The notes beneath the pieces are model-generated. The model worked only from the letters and a program-made list of their open reading frames with translations. It did no database searches and was not told the origin of the DNA. The translations under genes and the position numbers were made by a program. From a virus, in the IMG/VR virus record IMGVR_UViG_3300037483_000594, positions 32,001 to 96,000 of that record: a stretch of 64,000 bases of DNA; one strand, given 5' to 3'. Positions 29,501-39,683 of this stretch are shown here, one piece after another; position 1 is the stretch's first letter, and the number at the start of each line of letters is the position of its first letter.

Positions 29501-30318
29501 TGGCGTTTCCGTCGTGGGTGCCCTCTTTGCCTTGGACAGGCCCAGGGGCCGGGTACACTGTAGCGCAAGATGACCTCGGGGCTTTTGTGCACGTGCGCAG
29601 GCTCGGGTGTCAGCGAATCGGTGCGACGGCCATGTCGCAAAACGTCGATGAGACAGGGCTGTTCTACTTCGATGTGGAGGCTGTGAGTGCGGGGCACGGT
29701 GACGAGTGGAACATCGGCGCCGACGAGGCGGGCTCGGTCAGCGGCTACACGTCGGAGGGGTGGGCTCTCCGGACAGAGAGCATCACCACCTCCTACTCTA
29801 TGGCCGAACGGCTGTGGCTCGACATCTCTCCGCGGTTCTCCCCGGCCGGAGACCCGGACGACTGGACGTCGTCAATAGAGCTGGCTGGGCGGGCGCTACA
29901 GGTCTCTTACCAGAGGGATGACGTCGTCCAACAGGTGCATGACTTCGTGCGGGACAGGACGACCAGGGTAACCTGCAACAACCCTCTTGCCCGCTCTCTG
30001 CTCCCTGTGTTCGTCCGAACGAACATCGTGTACAGCGGGGGGTCCGCCGCTTCTGTGGTGCGTGGAGAGCTGGAGGCTTTGATTCGGGCGGTCACTCCTG
30101 ACAACTACCTGGAAGCGTCGGATGTGGAGTCCATCGTATCCAGATCCGGGGCAACCTACATCCAGCACCCCATCACGCTGGTTGGGCTTGCTCACCAAGT
30201 CGACCGAAGTGTCCAGGTGGAGCGCTCGCTGGACAGGATCAGCTTCAGCCGTCTCTACGGGCTACAACCGGATGAGGACGCTGGAGAGTCATTGATCGTT
30301 TTGGACCGTACAGCCTAG
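26533..30318 (+). CDS. baseplate J-like (wedge) protein with large insertion
   Basis: IDTSAGSAAREKII, NFFISR, AERPGAAYSIGAGEI, VTNLDAATPG, VVGFNDEEMQRD. Confidence 0.75.
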   Translation: MPTINWELLLIERLRAFDPTIDTSAGSAAREKIITPLLARLSPDVLEVSPEKFILTRLQQEHPELYIQDGGSTNDVLIGPAATILDGMRREIREVRNSISLANPDTLSADDVDARVENFFISRDLGAYATVRVRLYFSNPVAVVIGTANTGYTATSLRFVPVAPSRFTASTVLLNKDSSGLYYVDASLRAERPGAAYSIGAGEIIGMTGMPAAVRVTNLDAATPGRDSQTNAQLIDATGFSLGERSLNTLSGINAVLKVKEFPAIDLLQVVGFNDEEMQRDVVSGGGLGPILFNGSDIFTVDDGDVDGYTSVVQFTAFNVTGSLGAIGTDLSDYVLTTADLAGVYDFTLGEVLSSSSFSIAESYTGTARISDAIAGTGWTIRRGDVLLLSDMPGGILFPSSGGVTVSVPPGEVHVGSCTDIFVRGTELEERALAVAVAADQDAFVWGEDAAITLGDDEIVLNDLSDDDWALTTVGMSIHIETGSPASFRVIEVSGTGVLPRFVRVTEPMPATLTGLSYALVDDVDIDLVEPRVRKWEGNDLASVAGLPDVETGSGLPNFVAIGVVAGDYLRILNGDDAGEYEVLGATVSKVTLVTPLNNTAAPLQFEIYAKQEGVALPVVRVTEVELLDGDAVPTGDVVPYRVPVDVRSRSFQNPGRGPTAGSAASLSGDTLTAVSHDVFTSSDPALNFWSLGVRVGDKVNIIGSDNHGYYTVTQVGGDPSATVLDNQLRVTEYVGFLIAGMEYVVGPVSYGSFRVYFKDPCACEVTYADTAFAVDVLSEDRWFRPDPLVAAELLPTTVTAPTVKFTAASDTVETFFPDGSVLDPMAFDLRVGDVVEIAYVPIVGVLDITTANVDGTTLLIDVGQGPERVFLTGTSASVDDIVDQINAQLSLTVASNYENPADPGSEHVMLRGDFPVTLLDNTVDPAFVDGTALVFGAVRNQAPDQVFQPWWAATPFAGADTTNSSPTGTWGTYVVESLTETSLTLRTWLAFPSWVPSLPWTGPGAGYTVAQDDLGAFVHVRRLGCQRIGATAMSQNVDETGLFYFDVEAVSAGHGDEWNIGADEAGSVSGYTSEGWALRTESITTSYSMAERLWLDISPRFSPAGDPDDWTSSIELAGRALQVSYQRDDVVQQVHDFVRDRTTRVTCNNPLARSLLPVFVRTNIVYSGGSAASVVRGELEALIRAVTPDNYLEASDVESIVSRSGATYIQHPITLVGLAHQVDRSVQVERSLDRISFSRLYGLQPDEDAGESLIVLDRTA

Positions 30319-30578
30319 CGTCCGAGTTCGACGACGACCCCCGTGAACGGGGACCACAGGCAGGAGCACGCAGTACAGCGGAGGTTGTGCCGAGGGACCA
30401 AGGACGGGGTCATGGCCAGCTCCAGTGAAAACTCTTTCCGCCCTCGGCCCGCCTTGCACCACGGGCAAAGGCACTGCTGGTAGAAGTCATCCTCCTCCTT
30501 GCTTATGAGCGACAGGATGTCCTTTTGCCCCTCCAGCGCGGTGCGGAGGTCGTCAGTGTCCATCAGCTTGAACTTCAT
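30315..30578 (-). CDS. small zinc-ribbon protein (probably leaderless)
   Basis: CPWC...CTAC; TATGCT 6 nt upstream of ATG. Confidence 0.6.
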   Translation of the reverse strand: MKFKLMDTDDLRTALEGQKDILSLISKEEDDFYQQCLCPWCKAGRGRKEFSLELAMTPSLVPRHNLRCTACSCLWSPFTGVVVELGR

Positions 30579-30635
30579 GTGGTCAGCATAGCGCCGGGGC
30601 GTGTACCTCTGATAGTATATTTGCGGAGGACTCTC

Positions 30636-31220
30636 ATGGCATTTCCCGGAAGTTCTGACTTTCCGCTCAGTGCTGACGCACTCCAGTCGCGCATAGACCA
30701 CGTAGACATCAACTTTGCGCAAGACGTCAACTTCCTTTGGCTTCAGGTGCAGGCGCTGCAAGCTTGGCTTCTTGGTCGGGAGACAGCACGGTTGCGCACC
30801 ATGAGGTACGACTACCTGCAGGGTGCCGCGCCAGACCACGAGGTGTCGTTAGGGACCTTCACTCTGGACACGACGAAGATACACCCCAGCTCGGAGCTGC
30901 GTGCGCGGTGTATGGTAAACTCGACGTTCTCTGTGCCTGGGTATACGCGCGTGCACATCGATGACCTCGGCCCAGTGGGTGCCCCTGCTGCCCCTGTGCG
31001 CATAACCGCGAATGCGCCTTCCGGGTTTTCTATGGAGGCCACCGCCTCCGGGCTGGTCGTGCTCACCACTGACCCGTTTGTACTCGGAAGTGGTGTTGGG
31101 TTTCCCGGGGTGGGGCAGATCGCCACTGGGCACAGGATGTACGACATTGTTGTTTTACAGACGTCGGTTGCTGGTGATACTGTCGACGTAGGGTTCGCTG
31201 AGTTGTTCGAGGAGGTTTGA
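30636..31220 (+). CDS. putative virion protein
   Basis: MAFPGSSDF...IDHVD...VNFL; GGAGG RBS. Confidence 0.6.
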   Translation: MAFPGSSDFPLSADALQSRIDHVDINFAQDVNFLWLQVQALQAWLLGRETARLRTMRYDYLQGAAPDHEVSLGTFTLDTTKIHPSSELRARCMVNSTFSVPGYTRVHIDDLGPVGAPAAPVRITANAPSGFSMEATASGLVVLTTDPFVLGSGVGFPGVGQIATGHRMYDIVVLQTSVAGDTVDVGFAELFEEV

Positions 31221-31221
31221 G

Positions 31222-32190
31222 ATGGCGTGGCTGTCCACGGTCTCTGGGTTCGGGTCAACATTGAACCTGAGTTTGGCAAACGGGACGGAAGCTACTTTTT
31301 TGCTGCGGCGCCTTCTGCTCGAGACAGGCGCCTGGACCAGCGTCAAGGACTCGGACGGGACGACCTACTCAGCCACTGGGTCACAGCTCACGCATCATGG
31401 CTCGGGGGCCGGGGGGTTGAATAACAACAACGCCTGGTTCGTGCTCAGGGATGCCACGGGGCGTCAGCTCCTTTTTCAGCGTGGTTCTCTGCACTACTCG
31501 TGGAAGGTGTACTACTCGAAAGCTGCCGGTTTTGTGGAAGGTTCCCCGGCGGCCACTGCCACGCCGACGGCGACAGATGTTCGATATGTTTCAAACACGT
31601 CTGACGCTTACATCTCGCTTTTTCCGTCTTCCGGGTCGCTTCGTTGCAACGCTTTCGCGCAGACCACACCGCACAACACGTGCTACAGCTTCAACCTTAT
31701 CTGTCGAGTCGTCGGCACTGGGGCAGTTGCCGGAAGTATCTTCATGCACGCGCTGGACGAGGCGCTCAGCTATGGAGCAGACGGAGACCCGTGTGTGCTT
31801 TTGGCAGACGCAGGTACCCTCGCCGCGACAACCGGTGCAGCGTTGGGGAGCGAAACAACGGCAAAGGTGCGTGGTTGGCAGCGTTACGGGGAGGTTGACG
31901 GTGACTTTGGGCCGATGTGTCTGCACTACTTGTCAAACGATACTCCGAAGACACGGACCGGGTCTCCGTACCTTACCAACCCTGTACCGTTGGACCCCAC
32001 GCCCGTTGGACGGTACGGAGGGACAGCCCCTGGGCGGAAGGGGCGGCTGAAGTACCTGGCCTATGTGTGCGACTCCACGGTTAACTCGTGGGGTGACCTG
32101 ATCGAGGACGCCAGCGGCGGTGTGTGGTTGGCAGTTGACAACATCGCGCTTGCTGGGTGGCCGGACACGTCAACAGTGCCGTTGGGGTAG
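31222..32190 (+). CDS. putative virion/tail fibre-associated protein
   Basis: G/T/S-rich; structural operon. Confidence 0.55.
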   Translation: MAWLSTVSGFGSTLNLSLANGTEATFLLRRLLLETGAWTSVKDSDGTTYSATGSQLTHHGSGAGGLNNNNAWFVLRDATGRQLLFQRGSLHYSWKVYYSKAAGFVEGSPAATATPTATDVRYVSNTSDAYISLFPSSGSLRCNAFAQTTPHNTCYSFNLICRVVGTGAVAGSIFMHALDEALSYGADGDPCVLLADAGTLAATTGAALGSETTAKVRGWQRYGEVDGDFGPMCLHYLSNDTPKTRTGSPYLTNPVPLDPTPVGRYGGTAPGRKGRLKYLAYVCDSTVNSWGDLIEDASGGVWLAVDNIALAGWPDTSTVPLG

Positions 32191-32193
32191 GTA

Positions 32194-32454
32194 ATGACCG
32201 TTTTTTCCGCACCAGCACCTGACCTGGACTCACTGCCACGTGCTGATCATGCACGCCGGATAAAGAGTGCGCCTGCGCCGGACAGCGGCGGGACAGCGAC
32301 TTTTGTATTCAACGCAGTCTGGGACCCTGGTGGCCCTACGTGGGTTGTCTGGGCAACGTCCGGGGCCTCCGACCCCAGTGGCACCTTCTTTCCGAACCCA
32401 TACGGCACCGGGTTTGGGGGGTGTACGGGGTACCGTGAGATAGGAAGAGGCTAG
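32194..32454 (+). CDS. hypothetical virion-associated protein
   Basis: Tight packing. Confidence 0.5.
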   Translation: MTVFSAPAPDLDSLPRADHARRIKSAPAPDSGGTATFVFNAVWDPGGPTWVVWATSGASDPSGTFFPNPYGTGFGGCTGYREIGRG

Positions 32455-32455
32455 C

Positions 32456-35400
32456 GTGGGCATCTACGGGCGCGTTCGGTACGGCGAAAGTTTTTACGGC
32501 ATCTCCGCTATCCCCACGTCTGTACTATGGGACGTGTTCGACTTTTGCGAACCGACGGAAGCGACACTGCTGACATTGCTCTCCTACAGCAACGTGTCCA
32601 CCTCCCGGTACGGGGCACCGGTCTCTTGGTTCTCCGGCAACGACTACTGCATGTACAGTGATGACGGGGTCGGGACGAATGTGCGGATTGACATCGCTGT
32701 CCCGTTCCCCACGGCAACTCTTGAGTTCTCGATACTGCCGTCGACACTTCCCGAGGACTTTTCAGATCCCGTTGCGAACAGAGCGTTTTTTGGTGTGTAC
32801 GCGAACGGCGCTAACGCAGTGGGTCTGCTCCTCTCCGAAGACGGAGGCATAGCGCTGGCCGTCGATCCAACCACCGTTCTTAGCGTCTTCCCGGACTCGG
32901 CGGACATCTTCGCTGAGGGGCTCGACTACTACGTGTTTCGGGTGGTGATCGACGGAGCTATGGCCTCGTTGTACGTCACCCGGAAAGACGTCCTGACGTT
33001 GACTGGGGTACACCAACTTCGGTACACGTTCCCGGCCCCGGAGTGCCCGTCCACGGTGTTGGACGGAGCTTTTATTGAGGTCGTGGGCCAGGCAGCCGAT
33101 CCCACGCTTGTGTGCCTTGACTGTCTCCGCCTCTCGTCTTCGGCACTGTACGGTAACGAACAGCCGGTGGCTGTGATCACCACTCCGGACCAGCGGCAGC
33201 GTACCGGGTCCTACGCTTTTATGGACGGGCGGGAAAGCTACGACCCTGACTCACCCCCGCAGCCCCTCGAGCACATGTGGACGCTCACCGGAGCTCCGAG
33301 CGGAGATGCGTCGCTCCTTCTTGTGGAAGCCGCCGCCCCCGCCGACCCAAGCGGGTATACAAACAGGGCGACGGGGGCAGCAGGGGCTTTCTCGGATGTG
33401 CTCGTCGGAGATCTGCTGGTTGGACCGCTCATCAGCGGGGTGATCGTCTACGTCTCCGCGGACGGGAGCGAGGTGGTGAGCTGCCGCGACGTTTTGCCCG
33501 GGGGTGTTACCGGGCTCGTAACGGTGGTTCGGCAGTACGCCTGGGGTGGAGAGCGCCTTTCCGGTACGCTGTTGAACGTGGTGGCCGCAGGGGTCTCCCC
33601 GCCCCTTGTCCCAGAGGCTGGAGAGCCCTACCTGGTACTGTTTCCGGCGGTGGGAGCATGGGCAGGGCACGAGGGTGAGCTTGCCGTGTACACAGGCGCC
33701 TGGGCCTTCACGACTCCCACGTTAGGCACCGTGGTGTTCGTGCGTGGGGACTACGAGTGCTACCGCTACGCAGGAGCTGGGCTGTGGCGGATAGACGACC
33801 CGCTGCCCTGGGAACTCCCACGGTGGGAGGGGCGCCTACGGCCCACCAGTTCGTTCCTTTTGAGCGTGGCTGGCATCTATGACGTCGACCTCGTGGTCAC
33901 GGACGGGGTGCGCACGAGTGTTCCGGCGAGTGGGATTGTCACAGCCTCGGCGTTGGACACGGTGTTGGGGGTTGTCCCCGACCTCTCGTTCTTGTGGAAG
34001 CACCTCCCCGGGGGCTTTTGGGAGCTGGTGGAGGGGAGAGAGGTGTTCCCCACGTTTTGGAGTGCCTTGACGCAGTTGGCAGCCGGGGAACTGCTCGAAC
34101 TCTGGCAGCACCAGATGTCATTGGACCTTTTCCGGGTTCAGCGCACCTTTCAAAGACACTGGCTCAACTACGATCTCCGCGTGGAGCTCACAAGCTACCG
34201 CGACTTGCCTGCTGCACTGGACACGGGGCTTGATGTGGCTGGGTACTCCACCGCGCCGGATGTTGTACCTCCGCAGGAGTACACCTACGCGCTTGGAGCT
34301 ATCGTCCCTGGGGTAGAGGCCGGGCAGTACCTCGTGCTTGCAGGTGTGCTGTACCGGATTTTACGTGTTGTGGTGACGACCCAGACCTTGGTGGTGACCG
34401 CGCACCCTATGGTCACGGGGGCGGACAGGCCTTCGCATTGGATGATTCGGCCCACGGCCACGTCGGTACTCGACAACTTTTCCGCGCTTGCTGTAGCGGC
34501 CAACGACGTAGCCGTGTTCGAGATCGTTGAAGACGGGGAGACCTCCTTTGTTGAGGCACCGGTCTATGGGGTGCGGGACGGTGTTGTGGCGTTTGGAGGG
34601 AGCTCCATCGCCCCGTACAGTGGGGCCGATGTCTACCTCCGCTATGTTCGGAGAAGGTCCACTGTGGCTGTTGATGCTTCAGTGGTCTCTGTCCCAAAGC
34701 TGCAGGAAGTTATCAACTACGGGGTGGTGAGCGGGGCTGCAGCCCCACTCTACGAAGGGCGGGACTACCACATTGCGGATTCGGTGCTTTCGTTTCTGGA
34801 CGTGTTCTTTCCGGTGGAGCTCCGTGGCTACGACGGCAGTACCCCCGACAGCCACACCTTTGAGGATCTGAACGCCGACTTCACATCCATCGGCTCCGAC
34901 TGCCTCTTGGAGGTCAACGGTGGCCGGTATCGTGTTGCTGTTGTCTTGTCTGCTACACAACTCGAGCTCGAGGACGATTGCCTCCCTGCTGGGTTGTCCG
35001 GAGAGTCGTGGGTTGTCCGGAGTGCCTTGGCTCCTCCGGCGGTTGTCTGGGCTGAGATAACACACCTAAGCAACCACGGGGTGATCTCTAGCAACTTCGG
35101 GCGTCTCATCGGCTTCTCGGAGGACATGTTCAACGAGCGCACAGACGGTCTCGACTACCTGTCGGCTGTTCGTGGGCTGTGGAGCTACGTCTACAACGCC
35201 AGGACGCTTGAGGCCACAAGGTCCGCAGCACAGATAGCTCTCGGGCTCCCGTTCGCGGAAGTGACGGGGGTGGTGGTTGATATCCGAACCTACGGGACGG
35301 CCACTGTCGTGCTCGTGCGCGATGCCGCACCGCCATACACCGTGCGTTCGTACAGGTTCCTCACAAGCCTTGGTGTGGCCACAAACCCGGTGACAGGGGT

Positions 35401-36910
35401 AGCCTACACCGTGGGGGATGAGGTCGTGCAGTTCTCCCCCGTGTGCGGGGGGGTGGCCGTCGAAGACTACGTGTCGGACCCTGACTGGTTCTCTTCGTTC
35501 CTGGGGTCCGGGGACTTTTACGAGGTGCAAAAGCTCAGCTACTTTGGGGTGCAGATAAGGTCCACAGCGTTCAACGCGCAAAACGCCGGGTTCCTGATCG
35601 AGTTTTTGCGGAGGCACAGGGTCCGACATCGCGACGCCTACTTCTCGGTGTTGCACGACGTCTCCGAGTCGTTCAACGCCCTGGACAGCACTGTCTTGGG
35701 GCCAGCGGTGCCCGCAGGCTACACGTTTCCGGATACCTGGCTCGACTACGATACCCCCTATGGGTGGGCTTCCTCCCCGTTCGAGCTCCCGCGCGCGCCC
35801 ATAACAGGGCACTACCCAACGACCCCTGCGGTGCCGGTTTCTATCACGGAGAAGTTTGGCGGCTTGCACGTGCACGACGTGCTCGGTCGTGTTCCAAACG
35901 TCTGGAGCGGGGCTTGGCCCTCGGGTCACTACGGGACACACCTCCCGGCCGTGACTGAAGGTAGCTTTTCTTCGGACTCGTTGGACCCACGTGGCCGCCC
36001 TATACACCGTGCCGACCTGCCTTCTCTTGCCGTGAACCTGCTGGGAGACGGCACCTTCGAGAGCGTCGACGACCCCGGGATGGGTGCGTCGCCCTGGGAC
36101 TTGCAGGGGGCTCCGGCCACTGCTGCCAAGGTCGCCCTCCCTGTGCACGAGGGAGCGAAGTCGCTGCACATAGTGTCCGTGGACGGCGGCATGGGGGTAA
36201 GGCAGGACGTCGCTACCGCTGTGCTCCGGGAGTACCAGGTAGCTGTCCGGTTGTGGGTGCAGGTCACGTCCGGGCAGGCGCGCATCGAACTGGTGGACAC
36301 TGCGAGCGGGACTACCTTGGCCACGGCCAGGTGCACCTCGAGCCTTTTTGGGGCTTGGGGTCTGGTGACTCTGCACACCTGGTACGGTGCTGACATTGCT
36401 TTCCCGCCAGCGACCCGGCTGTACACCCTCCGGATCACCACAGGTCCTGGAGGGGGGGATTTCTATGTCGATGCAGCCGCGTTGTACGGAGGGGTAGTGC
36501 CCTGGAGCCAAAACGGCCCGAGCGCACACTTCCAAGGCCGAACAGGTGGTATGAACGACGGAGGCCTTCCGGAAGAGCGTGTGCAGGCGCTGCTGTGCCT
36601 GAACCACCCCGGTGGGGTTCCTTCGGCTAACGCTTTTTGGCGTGCGGATGCGGCGTCTGCCCCTGACGAGATGCGTATCCACGGCCCCGCGGTGGCCCCC
36701 CTCCCCCCCGCTGATTGGTCAGCCCCGGGAGTGAGTTCAACGCCGTGGTACGGACCGAACTACGGCCTTGCCATCGAGACCTGGAAAGCAGCGACGGGGT
36801 ACCCAGGCTACGGGGTAGCTCCCACTCCGACGTTGGGCATTATAGCAGGTGTGGCTTTGCCGGCAGGCTGGTACACTCGTATCGTGGACCTAACACGTGT
36901 GATGGGCTGA
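32456..36910 (+). CDS. very large tail/baseplate protein with PKD-like, DUF2793-like and carbohydrate-binding-like modules
   Basis: DGRESYDPD (PKD-like); YLV..AVGAWAGHEGELAVYTGAWAF (DUF2793-like); NLLGDGTFES (CBM4/9-like start). Confidence 0.65.
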   Translation: MGIYGRVRYGESFYGISAIPTSVLWDVFDFCEPTEATLLTLLSYSNVSTSRYGAPVSWFSGNDYCMYSDDGVGTNVRIDIAVPFPTATLEFSILPSTLPEDFSDPVANRAFFGVYANGANAVGLLLSEDGGIALAVDPTTVLSVFPDSADIFAEGLDYYVFRVVIDGAMASLYVTRKDVLTLTGVHQLRYTFPAPECPSTVLDGAFIEVVGQAADPTLVCLDCLRLSSSALYGNEQPVAVITTPDQRQRTGSYAFMDGRESYDPDSPPQPLEHMWTLTGAPSGDASLLLVEAAAPADPSGYTNRATGAAGAFSDVLVGDLLVGPLISGVIVYVSADGSEVVSCRDVLPGGVTGLVTVVRQYAWGGERLSGTLLNVVAAGVSPPLVPEAGEPYLVLFPAVGAWAGHEGELAVYTGAWAFTTPTLGTVVFVRGDYECYRYAGAGLWRIDDPLPWELPRWEGRLRPTSSFLLSVAGIYDVDLVVTDGVRTSVPASGIVTASALDTVLGVVPDLSFLWKHLPGGFWELVEGREVFPTFWSALTQLAAGELLELWQHQMSLDLFRVQRTFQRHWLNYDLRVELTSYRDLPAALDTGLDVAGYSTAPDVVPPQEYTYALGAIVPGVEAGQYLVLAGVLYRILRVVVTTQTLVVTAHPMVTGADRPSHWMIRPTATSVLDNFSALAVAANDVAVFEIVEDGETSFVEAPVYGVRDGVVAFGGSSIAPYSGADVYLRYVRRRSTVAVDASVVSVPKLQEVINYGVVSGAAAPLYEGRDYHIADSVLSFLDVFFPVELRGYDGSTPDSHTFEDLNADFTSIGSDCLLEVNGGRYRVAVVLSATQLELEDDCLPAGLSGESWVVRSALAPPAVVWAEITHLSNHGVISSNFGRLIGFSEDMFNERTDGLDYLSAVRGLWSYVYNARTLEATRSAAQIALGLPFAEVTGVVVDIRTYGTATVVLVRDAAPPYTVRSYRFLTSLGVATNPVTGVAYTVGDEVVQFSPVCGGVAVEDYVSDPDWFSSFLGSGDFYEVQKLSYFGVQIRSTAFNAQNAGFLIEFLRRHRVRHRDAYFSVLHDVSESFNALDSTVLGPAVPAGYTFPDTWLDYDTPYGWASSPFELPRAPITGHYPTTPAVPVSITEKFGGLHVHDVLGRVPNVWSGAWPSGHYGTHLPAVTEGSFSSDSLDPRGRPIHRADLPSLAVNLLGDGTFESVDDPGMGASPWDLQGAPATAAKVALPVHEGAKSLHIVSVDGGMGVRQDVATAVLREYQVAVRLWVQVTSGQARIELVDTASGTTLATARCTSSLFGAWGLVTLHTWYGADIAFPPATRLYTLRITTGPGGGDFYVDAAALYGGVVPWSQNGPSAHFQGRTGGMNDGGLPEERVQALLCLNHPGGVPSANAFWRADAASAPDEMRIHGPAVAPLPPADWSAPGVSSTPWYGPNYGLAIETWKAATGYPGYGVAPTPTLGIIAGVALPAGWYTRIVDLTRVMG

Positions 36911-36912
36911 AA

Positions 36913-37659
36913 ATGAAATTCGTTGACGATGTCCATGTCTCCGACCTTCCGAAGCTGCGCGGCGGCGGTTTCCGACGTGGCGGAGGGGCCCCTCCCATGG
37001 GCACCAAGCCCACTACAAACGTCACCCTGTCACTGGTGGAGCCGCGCTCGCGACGTGTTGTGGAACAGAGAAAGAGCCACAACATCTTTGTGAACTACGG
37101 GCGTGACTGGCTGGTGCACCTGATGTCCTTGGACGTCGCGGGAGCCACCTTTCGGGACGACAGGGTCAAGTACATAGCGTTCGGAATAGGGGGGATGGCG
37201 CAGCTCGTGGCTTCTGCGGACATCCGAGACCCTGCCAAGTACAACTACCCAGGGTTCCCGGACCAGTGGGTGGCGGGGGCCGGGGGTGCTGGGGACCCTA
37301 CGCAAACGCACACTGACCCCACCGTCACCGCCTTGGAGTTTCCGGTGGAGGTGGTCGCCGGTTCCTACTACGATGTCATCTCACAGCCAGCGACCTTTCC
37401 GGATACCGGAGTGGTGCGGTACACCGCGGTGCTTGGGGTAAACGAGGTCAGTTTCGGGCTAGCCGCCAGCGTCCCGCTGTCTGAGGTACTGCTGGTCACC
37501 GCCGGGCTCGACGACCTCCCGGGAGGGACCGCCAACCCCCCAGTGGTGGACCCCTCTCTCCCTTCAGAAAAGTATGGGGTGGCTTACAATCAGTTTGCCA
37601 CTCTTCACAAGACGAACGAGTTTGTTCTCCAGGTCGACTGGGAAATAAGGATCAGGTAA
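36913..37659 (+). CDS. baseplate/tail-fibre attachment protein
   Basis: HNIFVNYGRDWL, YIAFGIGG, LSEVLL, FATLHKT...VDWEIR. Confidence 0.65.
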   Translation: MKFVDDVHVSDLPKLRGGGFRRGGGAPPMGTKPTTNVTLSLVEPRSRRVVEQRKSHNIFVNYGRDWLVHLMSLDVAGATFRDDRVKYIAFGIGGMAQLVASADIRDPAKYNYPGFPDQWVAGAGGAGDPTQTHTDPTVTALEFPVEVVAGSYYDVISQPATFPDTGVVRYTAVLGVNEVSFGLAASVPLSEVLLVTAGLDDLPGGTANPPVVDPSLPSEKYGVAYNQFATLHKTNEFVLQVDWEIRIR

Positions 37660-37663
37660 GAAA

Positions 37664-39682
37664 ATGGCGCGCGCCCCCCTTCCGCACCCCCTTGGTACCA
37701 TCGAAGGAACGTGTCCCTACTCGGTCGTCGAGCCACCAGGGCAGCCGGTTGGAACGCGGTTTTTTGGGTTTGACGAGACCCTTGAAGCCGTGAACATGAA
37801 CCGCGTGGCCTATGCCCTGATGGAGAACGTCGACTACCTGTACACCCTCGGGCAGCTCGTTGTGGTGGCTCCCGCTGGCGGAGATGGAGACTACGTAGGG
37901 CACGACGCTCTCGCTAGCGCGTTGGCCGACGGGCATAAGCTCATTTTCGTGAAGACCGGGGCCTACACCCCTACCGCTGACATCACAGTGGCGCAGGGGG
38001 CTCGTATCTACGGGGAAGGGCCTGTAGGCCCAGCATTCGACATGGCGTCAAACAAAGTCGAACTGCTGCTGACGTCCGGGGTTGGGGGTGTCTACCTCTC
38101 GGACATGAGCTTCGCTTTCGACACAGGAGACTACGTTCAGGTCACGAAGGGGCGTTGTGTTCTCGACAGGGTGACCGTGGTCGGTGCAATCACGGTCGCC
38201 TCGTCTTCTGCAGAGGTGATGCTGCTTGGGTGTAGCGTGAGCAACACTGTCGCAAACGCGTTTGCACTGTTGGCGACTGCCGGGCGGGTCACACTCCAGA
38301 ACTGTTACCTGTACTCGGACATCGGAGAGGCTCTGGTGTTGCAGGTTTCTGTGGTGGCACACGTCAGCAACACACGCGTCGTCAGCACAGATCGTGCGGC
38401 GGTTATCAACGGTCTCACGACCGGGAGGGTAACGTTCGACACCTGTTCTTTTGAGAACTCGGCCGGGAACCCTAACTACTCCACGGCCTTCGCCGTGTTT
38501 GACGGACCCACCGCTTCTCCGCAGATTTTTTTGCGGAACTGCACGTTCACCATCACGAACTGCACACGCGCGGCGGCCGTAGCACCCTACGTGACGTTCA
38601 CGGGGGTGGATGGGCGTGGGTTGGTGGTCACAGTCGACACTGACTACGCGCTCGACGACTACCTGCTCTCGATCAGCTACAGTCGCCTTGATGGGCTGTC
38701 CGTGACGTTTGCTGCCGCGGCTCCGCTTCTTGCCGGGACCCCCATGATCGGGGCGATCTATGTCACCACAGGCGGTGAAGTGCGGAACCTGCACTGCGCC
38801 GGCATGACCGGTTCTTGGGTCGCGTCGCTCGTGTACATCAACAGCGCTGTCCAGGGGGTTCGTGCGGTCGTCGACGGGTTTACGATTGGCAGCGTAGGCG
38901 CTGCATGGACCGCGGCTCTGTACGGGCTGGCCGCCAGGTTGGGGTACTTCGGAGTTCTGCGAAGGTTTGTGTGGGACGACGTGGTGATCTCGAACGCTGC
39001 GACAACCAACGCCATCGTGGGGGTGTACTCTACCACCACCAACCTCGACGGGGCGGAGTTTACGGACAGCGTGATCGTGGTCAAGACCGCGGCGCGAGCG
39101 CGGTTGATGTACCTGTTTTACATGAGTGCCAACGCGGGGAGTGCGGACGCTCCCGGGGTCAAGATCCTGCGGAACAGGTTTCATATCACGCCCGTGCAGC
39201 CTAACCCAGCACTGGTACCCACGTACACTGTGTACGCAGTGCGCATCGGGGGGCATAGTGTCCTTGCCACGCAGAACAGTGAAGCCACCGGGAACTTGTA
39301 CGGGGAGTTCCAGAGTAACCATGTACACTTCGACGGCAAAGTCGTAGGGTCTGGCGCCAGCAACCTGCCATCTTGTGGTCCAGTGTTCTTTTCCGTGTAC
39401 GCGTACATGTGGACCATCTCCGGAAACACAGTAGTGTCCAGCGATGGGGACGTCGTGACCCAGGGGTTCAACGTCTTCATTTACTGTGCAGAAGAGTCCG
39501 GAGGGTTGATCAAGGGAGCAGCAGCGCTGGGCGGTGGGAACCTTCCGTCCGGGAACATCCTGCGAGAGGTTGGCGGCCCTGTTGGCACCGCTCCTTGCGT
39601 CGCTTCTCCGGACGGTACGGACAGCGCTGGGTTCTACAACGGGGCCGCTGCGCTCCTGAACGTGAGCCAGAAGGAGGTGTGA
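37664..39682 (+). CDS. tailspike / beta-helix (pectin-lyase-like) receptor-binding protein
   Basis: IFVKTGAY, IYGEG, repeated parallel beta-helix-like strands (FDTCSFEN, LRNCTF, ILRNRF, ISGNTV). Confidence 0.7.
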   Translation: MARAPLPHPLGTIEGTCPYSVVEPPGQPVGTRFFGFDETLEAVNMNRVAYALMENVDYLYTLGQLVVVAPAGGDGDYVGHDALASALADGHKLIFVKTGAYTPTADITVAQGARIYGEGPVGPAFDMASNKVELLLTSGVGGVYLSDMSFAFDTGDYVQVTKGRCVLDRVTVVGAITVASSSAEVMLLGCSVSNTVANAFALLATAGRVTLQNCYLYSDIGEALVLQVSVVAHVSNTRVVSTDRAAVINGLTTGRVTFDTCSFENSAGNPNYSTAFAVFDGPTASPQIFLRNCTFTITNCTRAAAVAPYVTFTGVDGRGLVVTVDTDYALDDYLLSISYSRLDGLSVTFAAAAPLLAGTPMIGAIYVTTGGEVRNLHCAGMTGSWVASLVYINSAVQGVRAVVDGFTIGSVGAAWTAALYGLAARLGYFGVLRRFVWDDVVISNAATTNAIVGVYSTTTNLDGAEFTDSVIVVKTAARARLMYLFYMSANAGSADAPGVKILRNRFHITPVQPNPALVPTYTVYAVRIGGHSVLATQNSEATGNLYGEFQSNHVHFDGKVVGSGASNLPSCGPVFFSVYAYMWTISGNTVVSSDGDVVTQGFNVFIYCAEESGGLIKGAAALGGGNLPSGNILREVGGPVGTAPCVASPDGTDSAGFYNGAAALLNVSQKEV

Positions 39683-39683
39683 G